NCBI RefSeq assembly: GCF_018977255.1
Contig: NW_024704743.1
Span: 41,294,001 to 41,358,000, forward strand
Direction of reading: 5' to 3'
DNA: 64,000 bases
DNA from: Callorhinchus milii
Taxonomy: Eukaryota
Shown here in pieces: positions 38,091-51,877 of the stretch. The notes below the pieces were generated by a model, which searched no databases, had not been told where the DNA came from, and worked only from the letters and a program-made list of their open reading frames with translations. The stretch's first letter is position 1; every line of letters starts with the position of its first letter. The translations under genes were made by a program, and so were the position numbers.

Positions 38091-40739
38091 AGAGGGATGT
38101 GGATAGTGACTGGAGGGTGAGAGTGGCCTAAACATCAATGTTTATTATCTCTATCACTGACACTGGCAAGGCTATTCCAATTATAGATTGTCACTGAGGT
38201 TTTATTTTTTTCCCTAAAGCTAAGCGATTTATTTGGGTCAGTATATTCAATTAGAAGGAATTAACTTTTCTTGGGTTGCATTAAACTTTTTCCTAAATTT
38301 GCTTGAGTGAGCAATTTTATAGCACTCTAAATTGCAAAGATGTGCGAACATTTAAGTTCTTTTACAAACTGACATTGTAATTAGTCGAAGAAAATTGTCT
38401 AGGTGGCATATTTTAAATCCCTTCATTAAGATGTCAGGTCGCTATCAAATCCATCTTGTGGACAATTGTAACATCTGTATTTGTAATAAAATGGCAGAAT
38501 CCAGTTGCTTGTTGATAATAGTCTTCATGTTCAAACTAGCACGTGTCATGACAAGTTCAAAATCCAGTTTTACTAAATTCTAGATATTGTGATGACTGAT
38601 ATGTTAATATATTAGCTTTTAATCCAGTTTGACTCAATCACTGAGAAACTTTATGTTGTCTTGTATTATGCAACATTCTTCAGTGAACAATACCAGGGAG
38701 CTTTTTAATTAAAATTCAGATAATGCAAGTTCTGTGAATTACTGGAGAGTTCAGAGTACATTAAATAACATTACTTTAAGATTGCAAGAGTGCCAACTAG
38801 TTCCAATTGCTGATTCCTTTTGAGTGGTTGGTGTGTCAATGCACCATTTTCTGGAACAACCAATATTGCAATAAATAATCTTGGGTCAGTTTAAAATACA
38901 CAAATTGCTTTTTCACCACCAATGGCATTTGTGTAATTACTTCGTGTAATTTTCCACAATCAGCACTCAAGCGAGTATCCCCGTAAGAAAACTGGCAGCG
39001 CTTCAAAACTGGAAACTGCAGTCATGGGGTAATCATCATTATGAAATGAATTATGAAACCACATCAATTTAGTCTAGTAAAGCATTATCGTTCAACACCC
39101 CGTCGACCCAGAGATGCTTGTTCAGTGCTGTCCCTCTCACTAGATTAGCTTTTTAACTTACATTTTATTTTAGTCTTATAATTATTTGTTAGGCCTTTAT
39201 TTGCAAACAGCCTTGAAATGTTCACTGGTCTAGGTCCCAGTATATGATGTTACAGATCAATGGCGTCAGCAGCAATGCTGCAATGGCTCTTCACTAGTAA
39301 GTTGTGAGGCAGCAATTAATCAAATTCCCCTCTCCCCCTTCGTGTTAATAATGCCTCGGAACACCATGAAATTTATCCAATGTCACTTTCATGAAATTAT
39401 CACTTAGTCACATATGGGTTGATTGAGCTGCATCATATTAACAGCATAAAGTTGTGAGCAATATTAACTGTTATTCCTTTCCATTGATGCCTGCAAATTC
39501 AGTGTACCATCATATGGTTATTAAACTGGTAATGCGTGAATTTGACATGCACTGCAATCAGCCTTTATTATTCAGACTTTAGGCAAAAACTTCAAGTACA
39601 TTTCTCAAAATATATTCTAATTACAAACTAAGGAACACTGACCTGGTCTCACATACTTTTGAGCCATCATAATATTCAGTATAAACAGGCACATGTGTTA
39701 CCAGATTCCAACAATTCAAAGATGTGCTGGGCTTTGTTTCTTCTTAGAGCTTTATTTATTCTTGTAAAGGGCTCATCAGTCTCCTCAGAAATGTTAGGTG
39801 ACAATATTCGAATGTGCTACACCTGTCTCAGTTATTACTATCAATATAGACAATGGATCAACAAATGTATGTTGTATACTTAACAAAGATCATGGAAACT
39901 GACTGTTTATCAAAAGTGAGAGGCTTTTGAGGCCCTGCAATTATCATGGGCTAAGGCCTAAGGCGATTGGGTTTGCCCACAAAATACACACAGTCATATT
40001 ACTTTACAGTGCATCCTGTAAAGTGCTTTGAGCTATCTTGATGGCATGATCAGGCATTATATCAAATGCAAAGTTTATCAATTACAAGGATTTGTCTTAA
40101 AATGTGGAATGTTTTTTTTCTGCGAAACAGATTCCAAATGAAGACTGCATTTAAGAATTTACATTATTGCAAGAGTTTACAATTTTATATTTTCGACAAT
40201 GTTCTTATTTTCAGACTTCAGAAGAATAGAAGATCTTTTTATCTGATCTAGTAATTTAATGGGGGTATTTTTTTTCAGAGAATACATCAGCTTGGGATCT
40301 GTTTAAACTCTTTATTTTTGGAATACTTTGCTTCATATTTAGTTTGCCTGATTGATGAGACACATTTGCTTGACCACAGGTAAATGTGTCCATTTTGGAC
40401 ATTAATTCTGCCTTATTCAAAGCTATAATTTAGAGGGAGCCACACAATTCTGACCCAATTTCAGCAAGAGTGTCACATGGATGGTTAACCTTATTCACCT
40501 TCTAATGAATTTGGTATTGCTAAAACATGTTTTTTCTCTCAACTGTCCAGCACCTTGGGACGTCCTCCTGACGTGAAAGGCGCTCTATAAATGAAATCTT
40601 GTTGTTGCTGTTGATTGTGTTGCTGTGGCGTCCTGCATCACGGAGCACGCACGTAGCCAAGCGGCGGCAGAAACAAAATAAAGAACGCAGAGGAAGTTGA
40701 GCCTCGGCAACAACTACAAAACTACATTTTCCAAGTGCC

Positions 40740-40780
40740 GAGTCCTCCCAAATGGAGTCCTCCCAAATGGAGTCCTCCCA
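40740..40780. repeat. 15-bp tandem repeat, 2.7 units
   Basis: GAGTCCTCCCAAATG repeated. Confidence 0.9.
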
Positions 40781-43700
40781 GGTGAAATGTCTGTCAGTGT
40801 GTCAATCTACATTCCATATTGAATTCCTTGGTTACAAGCATAGCTGCAACGGGTACTGCTAGTAATTCTATAAAGTCTCCTCTGAGACTTCCCGTTTTAA
40901 AGCTGAAGAGCACAGCTTTAATCATTGCTCATAAATCACCTCTCTGACTCTGGAGATTATCCTTGTTCCACTTTCTCCATTGCTCCTAAGGCCTCTTTTT
41001 ATCCTCTTGCAGAACTTCAGATATGGCCTAAGCATACATTGTATACCTTAAGAATAAAAATTGAATGGCTGAACTCATCTTATTTGGTATTGTAGCCCAT
41101 TTTACTGTTGGTCTTGCTTTTTGCTGCTTCGCACGAGGTTCACATATTGAGCAATGAGTCAACTAATACCCAAGATCTTTTTTAGCTTCCAGCTTAGCAA
41201 TATCTATCCTATCCAAAGAGTGTATGTGCATCTACTATTGACTTCCTATATGCTGTACCTTGCATTTATTTGTATTGATTTTACAACAACAACTTGCATT
41301 TATATAGTGCCCTTCATGCAGGGTAGCAACCTGGAGAGCTTTACCAGTCAACCAAGGTGCATACGCTTCTTAAATGAAAATAATTGGGGCTGCCTTGAGG
41401 CTGAGCTGGCTAATAGGTAAGGTGGTCCTAACTGGAGAAACAGCAGGAGGTTAGCCAGATGGTGCTCTCAATGGCACATTATGCAGTTTTAGCAATAGAC
41501 CGACTCAAATTTTGGGGTACCCAAGCCTTGGCTCTGGCCAACCTGCACCTAATATTCTCCAGAATTAGGTAAGCAGCCTGCAACCATCCAGGGAGAGTGT
41601 GTTCACTCAATTACAAATAAAGGGACATTTCCATGTGTAGATGGGATAGATATGTGGAACTCTCTCTCTCTGGTTTGGATACTATTAGACCAAGGTAATG
41701 AATTCCTGTGCATGCCAGACACTTGGTTGACCCAAATAAAAAGGGGCATATACTTTCAAGCTCACTTTTATAAGATCGTTTCTACCTGCTCTGATCTCAC
41801 AATTTTATTGTGTCTTAAGATTCAACAGTGAAACCAAGGAAGAGATGGAATCCAGAATTGTGTTGTGTTTCTGCAGGATTTACATAAAGATCAAAGCATT
41901 CCTCTCGTTTAAACTTATTCATTTTATTAAACATCTCATTCTTGTACTTCTGACTGAAAGAATTGTGTGATGACAATTGTCCCAGACAAATATAGGTCAA
42001 CACGTTGCTTTGCACTTATATCTATTTAGGATTGTTTTCAAAGGTACCTGAAGCTAAGGAACAGTCTTTTGTTTTTGGGTGCTCAAGGAGTTATTTTTAC
42101 CTTTTGTTGAAAAGAGCAAACTTTACATTTGGCTTTCTCCCAGCAGTGAAGGACTAGGATACTCTTCTCCTCATCAGTCACAAATAACATAGGTCATTCC
42201 ACCCACTGTGTGCCACTCAACCCCTAAATTACTAATTACCATATCTCCATATTAAATATAGTCCTGGAACAACAGCAGGTAGAATTTTAACCAGGATGAT
42301 TAGGTAAATGAAAAGCATTTACCCCTAATTCTTATGATCCCTTTAAATTTACTGGCTGCCCCTATTCTCTATGTGAATAAAAACAACTGAACCAGCAATA
42401 CATTCCTTGGAGTCACATTTGTAGCATTTCAGGTTTAATATTTTGGACACTTTTCTATTCCTGCAACGTTGTATTTAAAAAAGAATCCATATCTTGGCCA
42501 ATACAAATGCACTTCATTATAGTCTCAGGTTTTTACAGCCAGGCAGCCACATCCAATAAACGATTACATGAATAAACCTGCATTCCTGACGCATCACAGT
42601 GCATGCACACTGACACATGGAACAAGCTTATGGTCTAGTTATATTGCACCATTTTAGCTGTGCAACTAATAAAACCAATGGCAATTCATTCAGTTGGCTG
42701 CTCTCCTAATAGCAATTCATTGCGTAATGACATTTTGTAAACAGGATTTCCATGACTGCTTAGAGACACAAAATATACTTTTGTTTTGTGAGAGTGTTGC
42801 TAGATATGACAGAAATATATTTTTTAAGCACAAGCAAAGCAAGTACCCCATTTAAGTAATATTCAAAATAAATGTAGACAATATTTTAACACTCTGTGCA
42901 GAACAGTTCAGTGGAATAAAAAATTATGAAACCAGACAGCTAGCAATATTTTCAGCATTACCTCTCAGGAGTAATAAACACAAACACACACATACACACA
43001 CACAAACAGAAAGACATTAATAGTTCATGAAATAAATATGCTGTACTTTGAAGGGAGTTAAAATACCCCAGTGTAGTTAGCCACGTCAAATGTTATTCTA
43101 AACCAATTGAGAAGATCAAACTTTTTGTGAATATTATTTTATATTTTCAAGTGGATTATAAAAATTTACTCAAACCCTTCCACCTCCACTCCACCTTCTG
43201 AAACAGAAGACCTCATTATTATAGAATCCCTGGCAGACACACATGGCCTTCATCTTCTGAAGAGACTCATGTACATTTAAAATTGTATATTGGTATCTCT
43301 CTAATATGAGCGAGTACAAATTCAGTAAGGAAAACTGAATGGCACTCTTGCTAACTTGCCTTTTGTTTTCATCTGTTCTTGCTGCCCTCTCCTGGAATAT
43401 ATTTTTCTTACCAGCTTTCTTGTTCAAATGTCAGAAGGAATCAACAACTGGCAACACCAGTGCTGGCGAGAGTGGCACTTTCTCCAACTGTCGTCCATTT
43501 ATCTTGTCAAAAATCAAGTCAGACCAAAACAATCATTTAATATCAAAACAGTTTTTTTCCTATAGATTGATATTTGAATCCCAAAATTCCTGTGATCTTT
43601 TATGATCGTTGTCTTAAAATCTGAGATAATGCAAAATTTTGGAAAAATCAGAAATTTAGGAATGATAGCAAACTTCTTGGCTGACCATTAGCAAATACAT

Positions 43701-45554
43701 ATAGGTAATGAATACAGAATATAAAAATTAGATGCATATGGATAGGATAGAACTTGCCATGAGGGGTGTTGAATGAGTTCCATAGGTGTTAATTCATTGT
43801 TTAGCATATCCAAAGTGAGGCAGTAGTAAACAAGGGAAATAGGATTCTAGACTACATCGCCAAATTTATTGAGTTCAGATTCTTAGAAACTTATAGAACA
43901 GGAAGCCATAATTATTTTTTAAACAGTCTTCAGGCTGGCACAATGTAGTCTCTGGGTTTACTGTTACCTAATATATTAACAGTTCAGAACAGAATCTGAG
44001 CAACTTCAACCAAAAATCAGAGACAAAATGCAAAATATGAAATTTCATTAGGAATATAGGAACAGGTAAAGTCCATTCAGCTCATCAAGTCTCTTGCACC
44101 ATTTTACTAAATTGTGGTAGATCTATTATTCCCAATTCCCTCCCTATATCAAGGCTCAATATCATACAATCAGCAAGGGTCTGCTTCACCGTAAACTGGT
44201 TTAAAATCAACCTCAATCCCAATCTTGTGATAATTAGCACATCACACACTGCATTTTCCCCATGTGGTTAGTTAGTCGATAGCGCTGCCTGCAATTGATG
44301 TTGTTTCACTGAAATGTACTTGTTACCAATTAGTTCTAATTATTTGAGTTAGAGTTTACTCCAATGCTGACTGATCTGCTCTAGAGTAAGCATTTCTGTG
44401 TTTGTTTTAGATTTCTGACTAACACAGGTTTTATTTTTTCATTTTTGTGTCTGCTTCATTGTCACTTCTCTTCCCAGACTGTCAGCCTCAATACATTTTG
44501 TTGCTACTACAATTACCCACTTCTTCATTACTACCATTATCAGCAGCTTCTATCTAAGGACTATCCTTGTGGTACACACTTCACTTCCATCTACAAATCA
44601 CACAGTCACTACTTTACAGTATATCCTGTGAAGTGTTTTGAAATATTCTCCAAACGTGAAAGGCATTATATCAAATGCAAAGATTATTATTATTAGCATC
44701 AGATGCAACATTCACCATAGTGTGTAGTCCCAGAAACTCTTTTTCCTTGGGTAAGCACTGCAATTCATATGTATTTCTGCAATCTCACCTCCTCTGTAAC
44801 ATTGAGATCAATGCTCTGTACCAGCCTTAAAGATGGTTCCCCGCCTTCCTAACTACGCAGATGCAGACTACAGACCTTGGAGTAACAACCAAGAGTAAAC
44901 GCAACACCCCTCACACACACGCACACACAGCCTAGCAACAGCCCTCATACACACACACACACACACAGCCTAGCAACAGCCTTAATGCACACACAGCTGA
45001 GCAATTGTAGATTTGGAAGATTACTAAGCCAAATATTTTCAATAATAATTATGGCTACAGTTGGAAAAAATGTCACGGATATCATGACTTTTCTGTTTGT
45101 CTGTGACTTTTCTTTCTGTCCACGGTTTTAATGTGGTATTTTAAATGCACTACCTTTTTGACCAGATCGGCTACAATAGGCAGTGGATAGTTAGGGCTAG
45201 GGAGGGCTCAGCTCCCTCTTTAAGAGGAGGTGAGCTGTAGAAAGATGTCCGCTTCCCCCACTCTCCTCCTCACCACGCACGCTCCATGCCAGCCTTAAAG
45301 ATGGAGTCTGCACGGTGAGTAGGGCAGTTGCAGCTGGAAGGTATGACAATGTGGGAGCACTGCCGCACCATTAGTTCCCACACCTTTGCACTAACGTGGA
45401 GGGATTATGTGAACTCTATTGTATTTAAAGAGGTACAGTTGAATTTCCATACCCATGACTTCTCATTACATTTCCCCTTAAACCCGTGGCTATATTTAAC
45501 ATGACTGCTCTGCGATTTTTGTCAAAAAAATCTTGTGCCAAATCTGTGGCCCTA

Positions 45555-46020
45555 ATAATAATCCTTACGTTTGATATATCAAATTTGACATAAGGAAAAC
45601 GTCTCAATATGCTTCAAAGGATATACTATAAAGTGCAGTGACTATGTAACTTGTAGGTGAATGCGGCAGCTTGTGTAGGCAACTTGTAGGTGAATGTACA
45701 GAGCAATAATCCATAAACTGCCATAAAGTGAACAAACAAATATTTTTTTGGGGGTGTGGATTATTGGCTAGGACACTGGAAGATACTCCATTCTCTTTTT
45801 GAATAGTGCTTTGGGATCTTTAATGTCCACCTAAAAAGGTAGACAATAGCTCAGTTTAACATCTTACCCGACAGATGGAACCTCCAACAATCAGCACTGC
45901 AGCAGAACTGCATTGAAGTGTCAGCCTGGACTCTATGAGTTTCAAGTCCAATATGCATCTTGAATGCAAAACCTTCTGACTTAGAGGCGAGAGTCTACCA
46001 ACTGAGCAGGCTGACACAAT
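45555..46020 (-). mobile_element. Old Deu-domain SINE, near full length
   Basis: Tail, Deu-like body (GGGATCTTTAATGTCCACCT, GTGTCAGCCTGGA) and head (ACCTTCTGACTTAGAGGCGAGAG). Confidence 0.8.
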
Positions 46021-46239
46021 TAATGAATCTCCAGTTAGTATATGAATTTTATCCTGACCTGACCGTGATTCACTACTTAAACTATGTCTCCAACTTTCAG
46101 ACTAATCTCTATTCAAGCATGCCTACAATGCTTCAACCAAGCCCAATGCAAACTTCAAGAGCATTAACTCACCTTTTCATTAAGGAGAAATCTATTGTTC
46201 AGGACTCACCGAACCCATTCGCAACTTAGCCGTCAGTTT

Positions 46240-46893
46240 CAATCCCCAGCTTTCCTTTCTAATTTACATCTATTGCCTGACCAGGACAGTTTTTTCCCAT
46301 CTCCATCACATTGCCCGCCTCCGTCCTTACCTCAAAAGTAATGCAGCCAAAACCCTCGTCCACGCCTTTGTCATTTCCTGACTGGACTATTCCAATGCCT
46401 TCCTCTCTGGACTCCCCAGATCCATCATAGACAAAATTCAATTATTTAAAAATGCTGCTGCCTGGATACTCACCCGCACAAAACTCCATATCCCCATCAC
46501 CCCATTCCTGGCCAAGCTCCACTGGCTCCCAATTACTGAACGGATAAATTTCAAGATCCACTCATTTTCAAATTCCTTCATGCACCTCCTCGAACTGCTT
46601 ACCCCCCATTCCACCACTTGCTCCCTCCACTCGGGTGGCTCCGGCCTCCTGTTTGTCACTCATTGCCTTCCCTCCACCACCGGTGGCCGTGCCTTCAGTC
46701 ATTATGTCCTGAAACTCTGGAACTCAGTTCCTCTGTCTTACCCCCTCCTGATTTTCAAATCCTGCCTGAAGATCTTCCTTTTTGATCGTGCTTACGGTCA
46801 CCTCCCTCCTCCCTTTCCCCTGACTCTGCCACCATCAAGTGCACCCCGACGCTACATTGCTTGAAGGGCGCTATATAAATGCAAGTTATTGTT
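46240..46893 (+). mobile_element. Older L2 LINE 3' fragment
   Basis: HAFVIS.LDYSNA, LHWLP, GGRAFSHY..KLWNS; tail GGGCGCTATATAAATGCAAGTTATTGTTG. Confidence 0.9.
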
Positions 46894-46920
46894 GAGGTCT
46901 TGTCTGTTCATTCAGGTGAG

Positions 46921-47123
46921 TATAATAATCCTTGCATTTGATATAGCGCTTTTCATGTCTTCTCAACATCTCAAAGCACTTCACAGAATAGATGTAAAGT
47001 AAACTGACTGTATATTTGTGGGTGAAACGTGGCAGCCAATTGCTCACAGCAGTGTCCCACAAACAGTCGTGGATTGAAAATGACCAATTTATTATTGTGC
47101 TTTTGTTTTGGAGGGATTATTAT
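46921..47123 (-). mobile_element. 5'-truncated tRNA-Ala SINE inserted in an older Deu-SINE
   Basis: 3' half of the SINE; the flanks TTCAGGTGAG and AAAGATCCCAT rejoin into Deu-domain sequence. Confidence 0.85.
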
Positions 47124-47359
47124 CAAAGATTATATGAAAGATCCCATAACACTATTCAAAAAGAGAAGTGAGATTTTTCTTCTGGTTTTCTTGATCATTC
47201 GCTAATTGGTCATTCACTTCTTGGCTGTTTTGGCATCTTACAGGTACAAATGGCTGCTATAATTGCCTGTAAATAAGTCATTATGCTTGGCAATAATTAC
47301 CTGTTAAAGCATTTTCAGAATTTGGATGTGATAAATTTTGCAAAAGTTTGTTGTGTTTT

Positions 47360-47680
47360 CAAAATGTAAGTTCTTAATCTTTCGATTTTCTCCTTTTGCC
47401 TAAAAAATATATTCATCATATTTAAAATCATATTTTTCTTCCTCCATCCCACATAGTCTTTGCCCAGCCATCCTTGAATTCTGTTTGCTGACTGATCTTT
47501 CATATATTCTACCATTGCCTTCAGCTCGTTTGTTCTTTCCTCCAGATCTCATTAGTACTGTCTATCAATGGCTCTATTTCTAAACGTGATCAAGTTTCCT
47601 GAGATGTTTGCATTTTTCTATCCTATATTCGCCTTTTTCAATTTTATATTCATCTTCATCTTATATTTGCCTTTCTCTAT
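47360..47680 (-). mobile_element. Possible RTE-clade endonuclease relic
   Basis: KNMILNMMNIFFRQKEK resembles the RTE APE motif N.L.IMNTFF.KK; purine-rich sense strand. Confidence 0.35.
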
Positions 47681-50059
47681 GTAGTGACATATACAGTCCA
47701 TGCACTTTATAATGAATTGACATTCATATATGCTATATAAAATGGTGCTACATGAAATGCAAGGATTATTATTTTATAGGAGCTTATTGAATCCACTGTT
47801 TAAGTTCTGATGATGTGCAGCACCCAAAATTTTAACATTTCCTCACTTTCGGAATGTTGGATGTCCTGCTGTGGATTACCAGTGTATCTGTTTTTGTTTT
47901 TTTCTCTCTATATATAACAAGCTTCTACATATAATTTATACTAACAGTTGTTGAAGTTTTGAACAGTTACAAGCTTGGCTTCCTGTGTTAGCCAACAAAT
48001 AATTAATTTACTCTCCAAAAGGAGTAAAAAAAGCAAAATTTCCAAACGCACAAACAGACCCCCAATAAAGTTCTACTATAATTAAATAGGCCTCCTATGA
48101 CGTCCATGGTATAATTTAGTACTTTGTATGCAATTCATGGCAAAAGTAAACAAGTTCCCAGAAAACATTCAGCCACTCCATAAGAAATTCAGTAGCTTGA
48201 AAAGGAACTTGTCCACTTACTGATAGGAGAATCAGGAGGTTTAACGCACAGCTGCATTGTACTCATTATACCTGCTAACCCCATCAGACATCGATCTGTG
48301 TTGATCTGGCACATAGAAACGGGCATCAGATAATTAAAGTCATGTTTCCACTTTTATAGCCATTAAAACCATCTTTAGATATTTTCTCCAGTCCATACAG
48401 CCTTTCATTCAGTATGTTCCAACATCTATTCCACTACTAATCTAGATATTGCAAGTCGTGTTATTTTTTTAACTGCTGACTCTTGCTTCCTAAACTAATT
48501 ATCTAATGTGAAGAATAATTCTCAGTTCTGTATTCTCATAGACAGTACTTTACATTTTTAGTGGCACACCTGTACTTAACAAGCAAACTGCTCCTGTTTT
48601 GATGTTACCCTTGTGCTGTCCTTCCCATAATTGTGGCTGGATGGGACTCGTTCAGGGGCTAGTATTTTGGGGTCGCACTGTTATGATACAAAATATAGTT
48701 AATTTCAGATATTTTGTTTGCATTTTGCCCACAAAATATAGTCAATCCACGTTACTATCAGTATATTATGTGAAGCGCTTTTAGACATCTCAAAGATGTC
48801 ATATGGCGATATATCAAATGCAAGGATTATTTTTATTATTATTATCATTATACATATTTGTTTCATTCATCTAGAAAGGCATGAACCTGTCTACTTCCTA
48901 ATTTTCTGTACCTAATCTTTATTTTCTCATCTGCCATATCCATTCCTTATTTCTTCTCCCAATTCAGGTATATTTTCTCAGTTGATGATCTTAATCCAAA
49001 ATTCTTTAGTAAACCTGAATTCTTTCAAGGTAAAAGTCCTGTTTTGCCATCTCCAATATGCTGCATCTAAATGCTCTCTCTTTGCACTAATGCACCATGA
49101 TTTAACTGCGCTGAGTACAGCTTTAATGTATCACTGTCTCCACTCCAATGATATATCGCAGCCCAGGTTCCACTTCACTATCATCTGCTTCTGTGAAATT
49201 CAGATCTGAGACTAATTCTGTGCTAATTTTTGATTGATTCTTTGGAAGGCAATCCCACTGTCCTTTGTTCAAATAAAGTTGTCATTCTTGTTTCTACTTA
49301 TATATTAATATAAATGGGTAAAGGTTGTGGCATTTTAGATTGTGTATCTTGTCTAACACCAAGGACAGATATGAAAAGCCACAACATAATGAACTGTAGA
49401 ATATCATTATTTTATGTGGGCATAGTTTCTATTGAATATTTAAGATTTTCTATTCATCTTGACCTGATTTTTTAAAAATAATATACCATATGGGGCTCAA
49501 ATTGTGAAATCTGGAGTCTGAGTTTGTGAATACAAGGTCATGATTAGTGCATGGACTCCACCTTGATTGGTTTGTAGAGAGGTATCAGGTCAAATGACCA
49601 ACTTGTGATTATTCTCCTTGTAGTAGAGTCAAGTGACATGTCCTTGGATTTGGACCAAAGTGACATGCTTGGCAACAGAATGTCAGAATCAAGTTACCTC
49701 TCTGTGGTGGTTTTAATGGTCCTGTTCCTGAGCCAGATGGGTCCACAGTACCCCAGGGCACTGCTGATGCCCAGTCCAGTCAGCCTGGAGCAGGACTTGG
49801 ATGGGCAGACCATTCACTGGGTGAAGGGAATCTTCCCACTCAACTGTTTATAAGTGATGGGTTTCCATAAGTGTCAGATTCCCAGTTGACCACCCCCAAA
49901 CAATCATCATTGGCATTTCTGGTTACTTTTAGGAACAATCTTCAATTAAATGCTCTCTCTGTGATCATTCCCAGAACAGAGGACCAACTCACAAGTGCCG
50001 ACATTTTCTCAGTGCAGTGCTCAAGTTCACTGTGAAGTAGTCTGAACTGCGAAGTTCTG

Positions 50060-50600
50060 GCAGAATAATAAAGTGCACTGATGGAGTCGTGGTCATCTGC
50101 AGTGCATTAGCCAGAAAAATGACATTCTGTGACAAACAAGTCCCATGATATTGCAAACATTTTGAAATGTACTTAGGCCATTATGCACTTGATTGAACAT
50201 GCACTGTATGTTCCCAAGTGTATCCAGCCTCTGATATATTGGGCTAAGTTTTCTTCTATGCTCTGCTTTTGTGGTAGAGAAAATCAATGGATAGCATCTG
50301 CTCACTATCTCTCTCTCACTTTTGTTTGTTTGTAGTTTGAAGGATATTTCTATATTGGGAGATTAGCGAAATTGTATATTATGATTTTTCCCCAAATAAT
50401 GGTGACTTCAAAGCATCAGCTTCACATCTGAGCCTCTTGGATAGTTGTTTTCATCGACATATGAACATTTATTAATTTCTTCAATGATTGCAGACAGTTC
50501 AAAACTGAGCATGATCATTCTTGTTAACTGAGCAGTCACTGGCAACCCTATACAGATCATCGGCACAGAATGCCATATTTGTGATGCCACCCTATAGGGG
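50060..50600 (-). mobile_element. Possible Harbinger transposase relic
   Basis: Degenerate motifs in the expected order: GLPVTAQLT (LPV..KVT), then VCHRMSF and HDS in shifted frames. Confidence 0.35.
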
Positions 50601-51877
50601 TGATTGACTCAAGTTAGAACAGTCACAGAGCAGTGATAAGTAAGATATTCTATGTCTGTACATTTACGATATTCTATGTCCAATTTTCAGAGAATCACCA
50701 CTATAATAAGCATGCAATTTGTCAGTCAGCCTGGTTCAGTTGATTGCACTCTAACCTTTGAGTCAGAACCTGGTCAATAATCCACCAAATAAAACTTTGA
50801 GACATCACCTCCGATGTAAAGAGTGCTATATCAAATGTAAGGATTATTTATTATTTTATTTATGATGGTTGATCCTGTTGGTTTCCTGCCTTATTCATCA
50901 GATCTAGTGTATATTGCTTGGTCTTTTACTTTTCTGTTTCCTACATGGACATTTAAATAGAGTGAATTGCATTTACGTCAAGCTCCTTGACTCCAGCTGA
51001 AATATCCATTAAATAAAGTGTAGTATTTGACATCTCCAAAATTTGGGCCATACTTTAGATTTATTGTCATCTCTCCCAAATATTACCTTTATAAATTTCT
51101 AATACTGCATTAATCCATTTAAAAAAGCATATTGTCAAAGATGAAATTGCAGTAACGTTAATTAGATTCCTGCAGTCTTTTGCTGCAGTCTGAGTAATAT
51201 TAAATGATTTGCAGAACTATTGAGTTAACAGTACACATCTTCTCAGTCTTTTTAAAAAGTACTCCTTGGGGAACACAGTGTAAATCCACCTGTATGTTTT
51301 CATTACTTACTCTCGTAGTTTTATTTTACAATGTCTAGCTTTTTTTTATTTTTGAGCTCTGAGGATTTACATATATCACATAGATTCATCAACAGAACCA
51401 TGTATCTCCATAAAATATTCTCACATTTGATTAACATTTTGCTTCACTTTCTGTAAACATCATCCTTTATGGATGGTACATGTTGAGCTCTCTATAAAGA
51501 TAATTTTCCAGTCACCTCACTCAGATATGTATACTTGGGGCTATTTCTGCCCAGGCTCAAATCTCCGTATTGTTCTTTAAATTGTGTATTGCTTCCCAAA
51601 GTTTTCCATTGTGCATTATAGTACTTTGTAACTTGATATAAAGTGAGTTCAAATGCAACTCAAATGGAAGCTGTTCATGAACTACATAGAAAAGCCAGAC
51701 GATTCCAAGAAAGCATTATTTTAAATCCCCGAGAAGGTGAAAAATCAACTCATATTTTAATAGAGAGAGGAATGTCAGTAAAATGTTACGTTACTTAATG
51801 AATAAATTATATCACTGAAGCAAAAGTGAGCAATGATCATTTGGCCTATCATCTTATTGATTCCACATGCCGTTACA

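Noticed and set aside
43339..43605. ORF with a signal-peptide-like start, and a minus-strand AG..GTAAGA exon candidate
   Set aside because: No recognisable domain; the hydrophobicity is explained by T-rich DNA; the minus-strand candidate has stops in all three frames.
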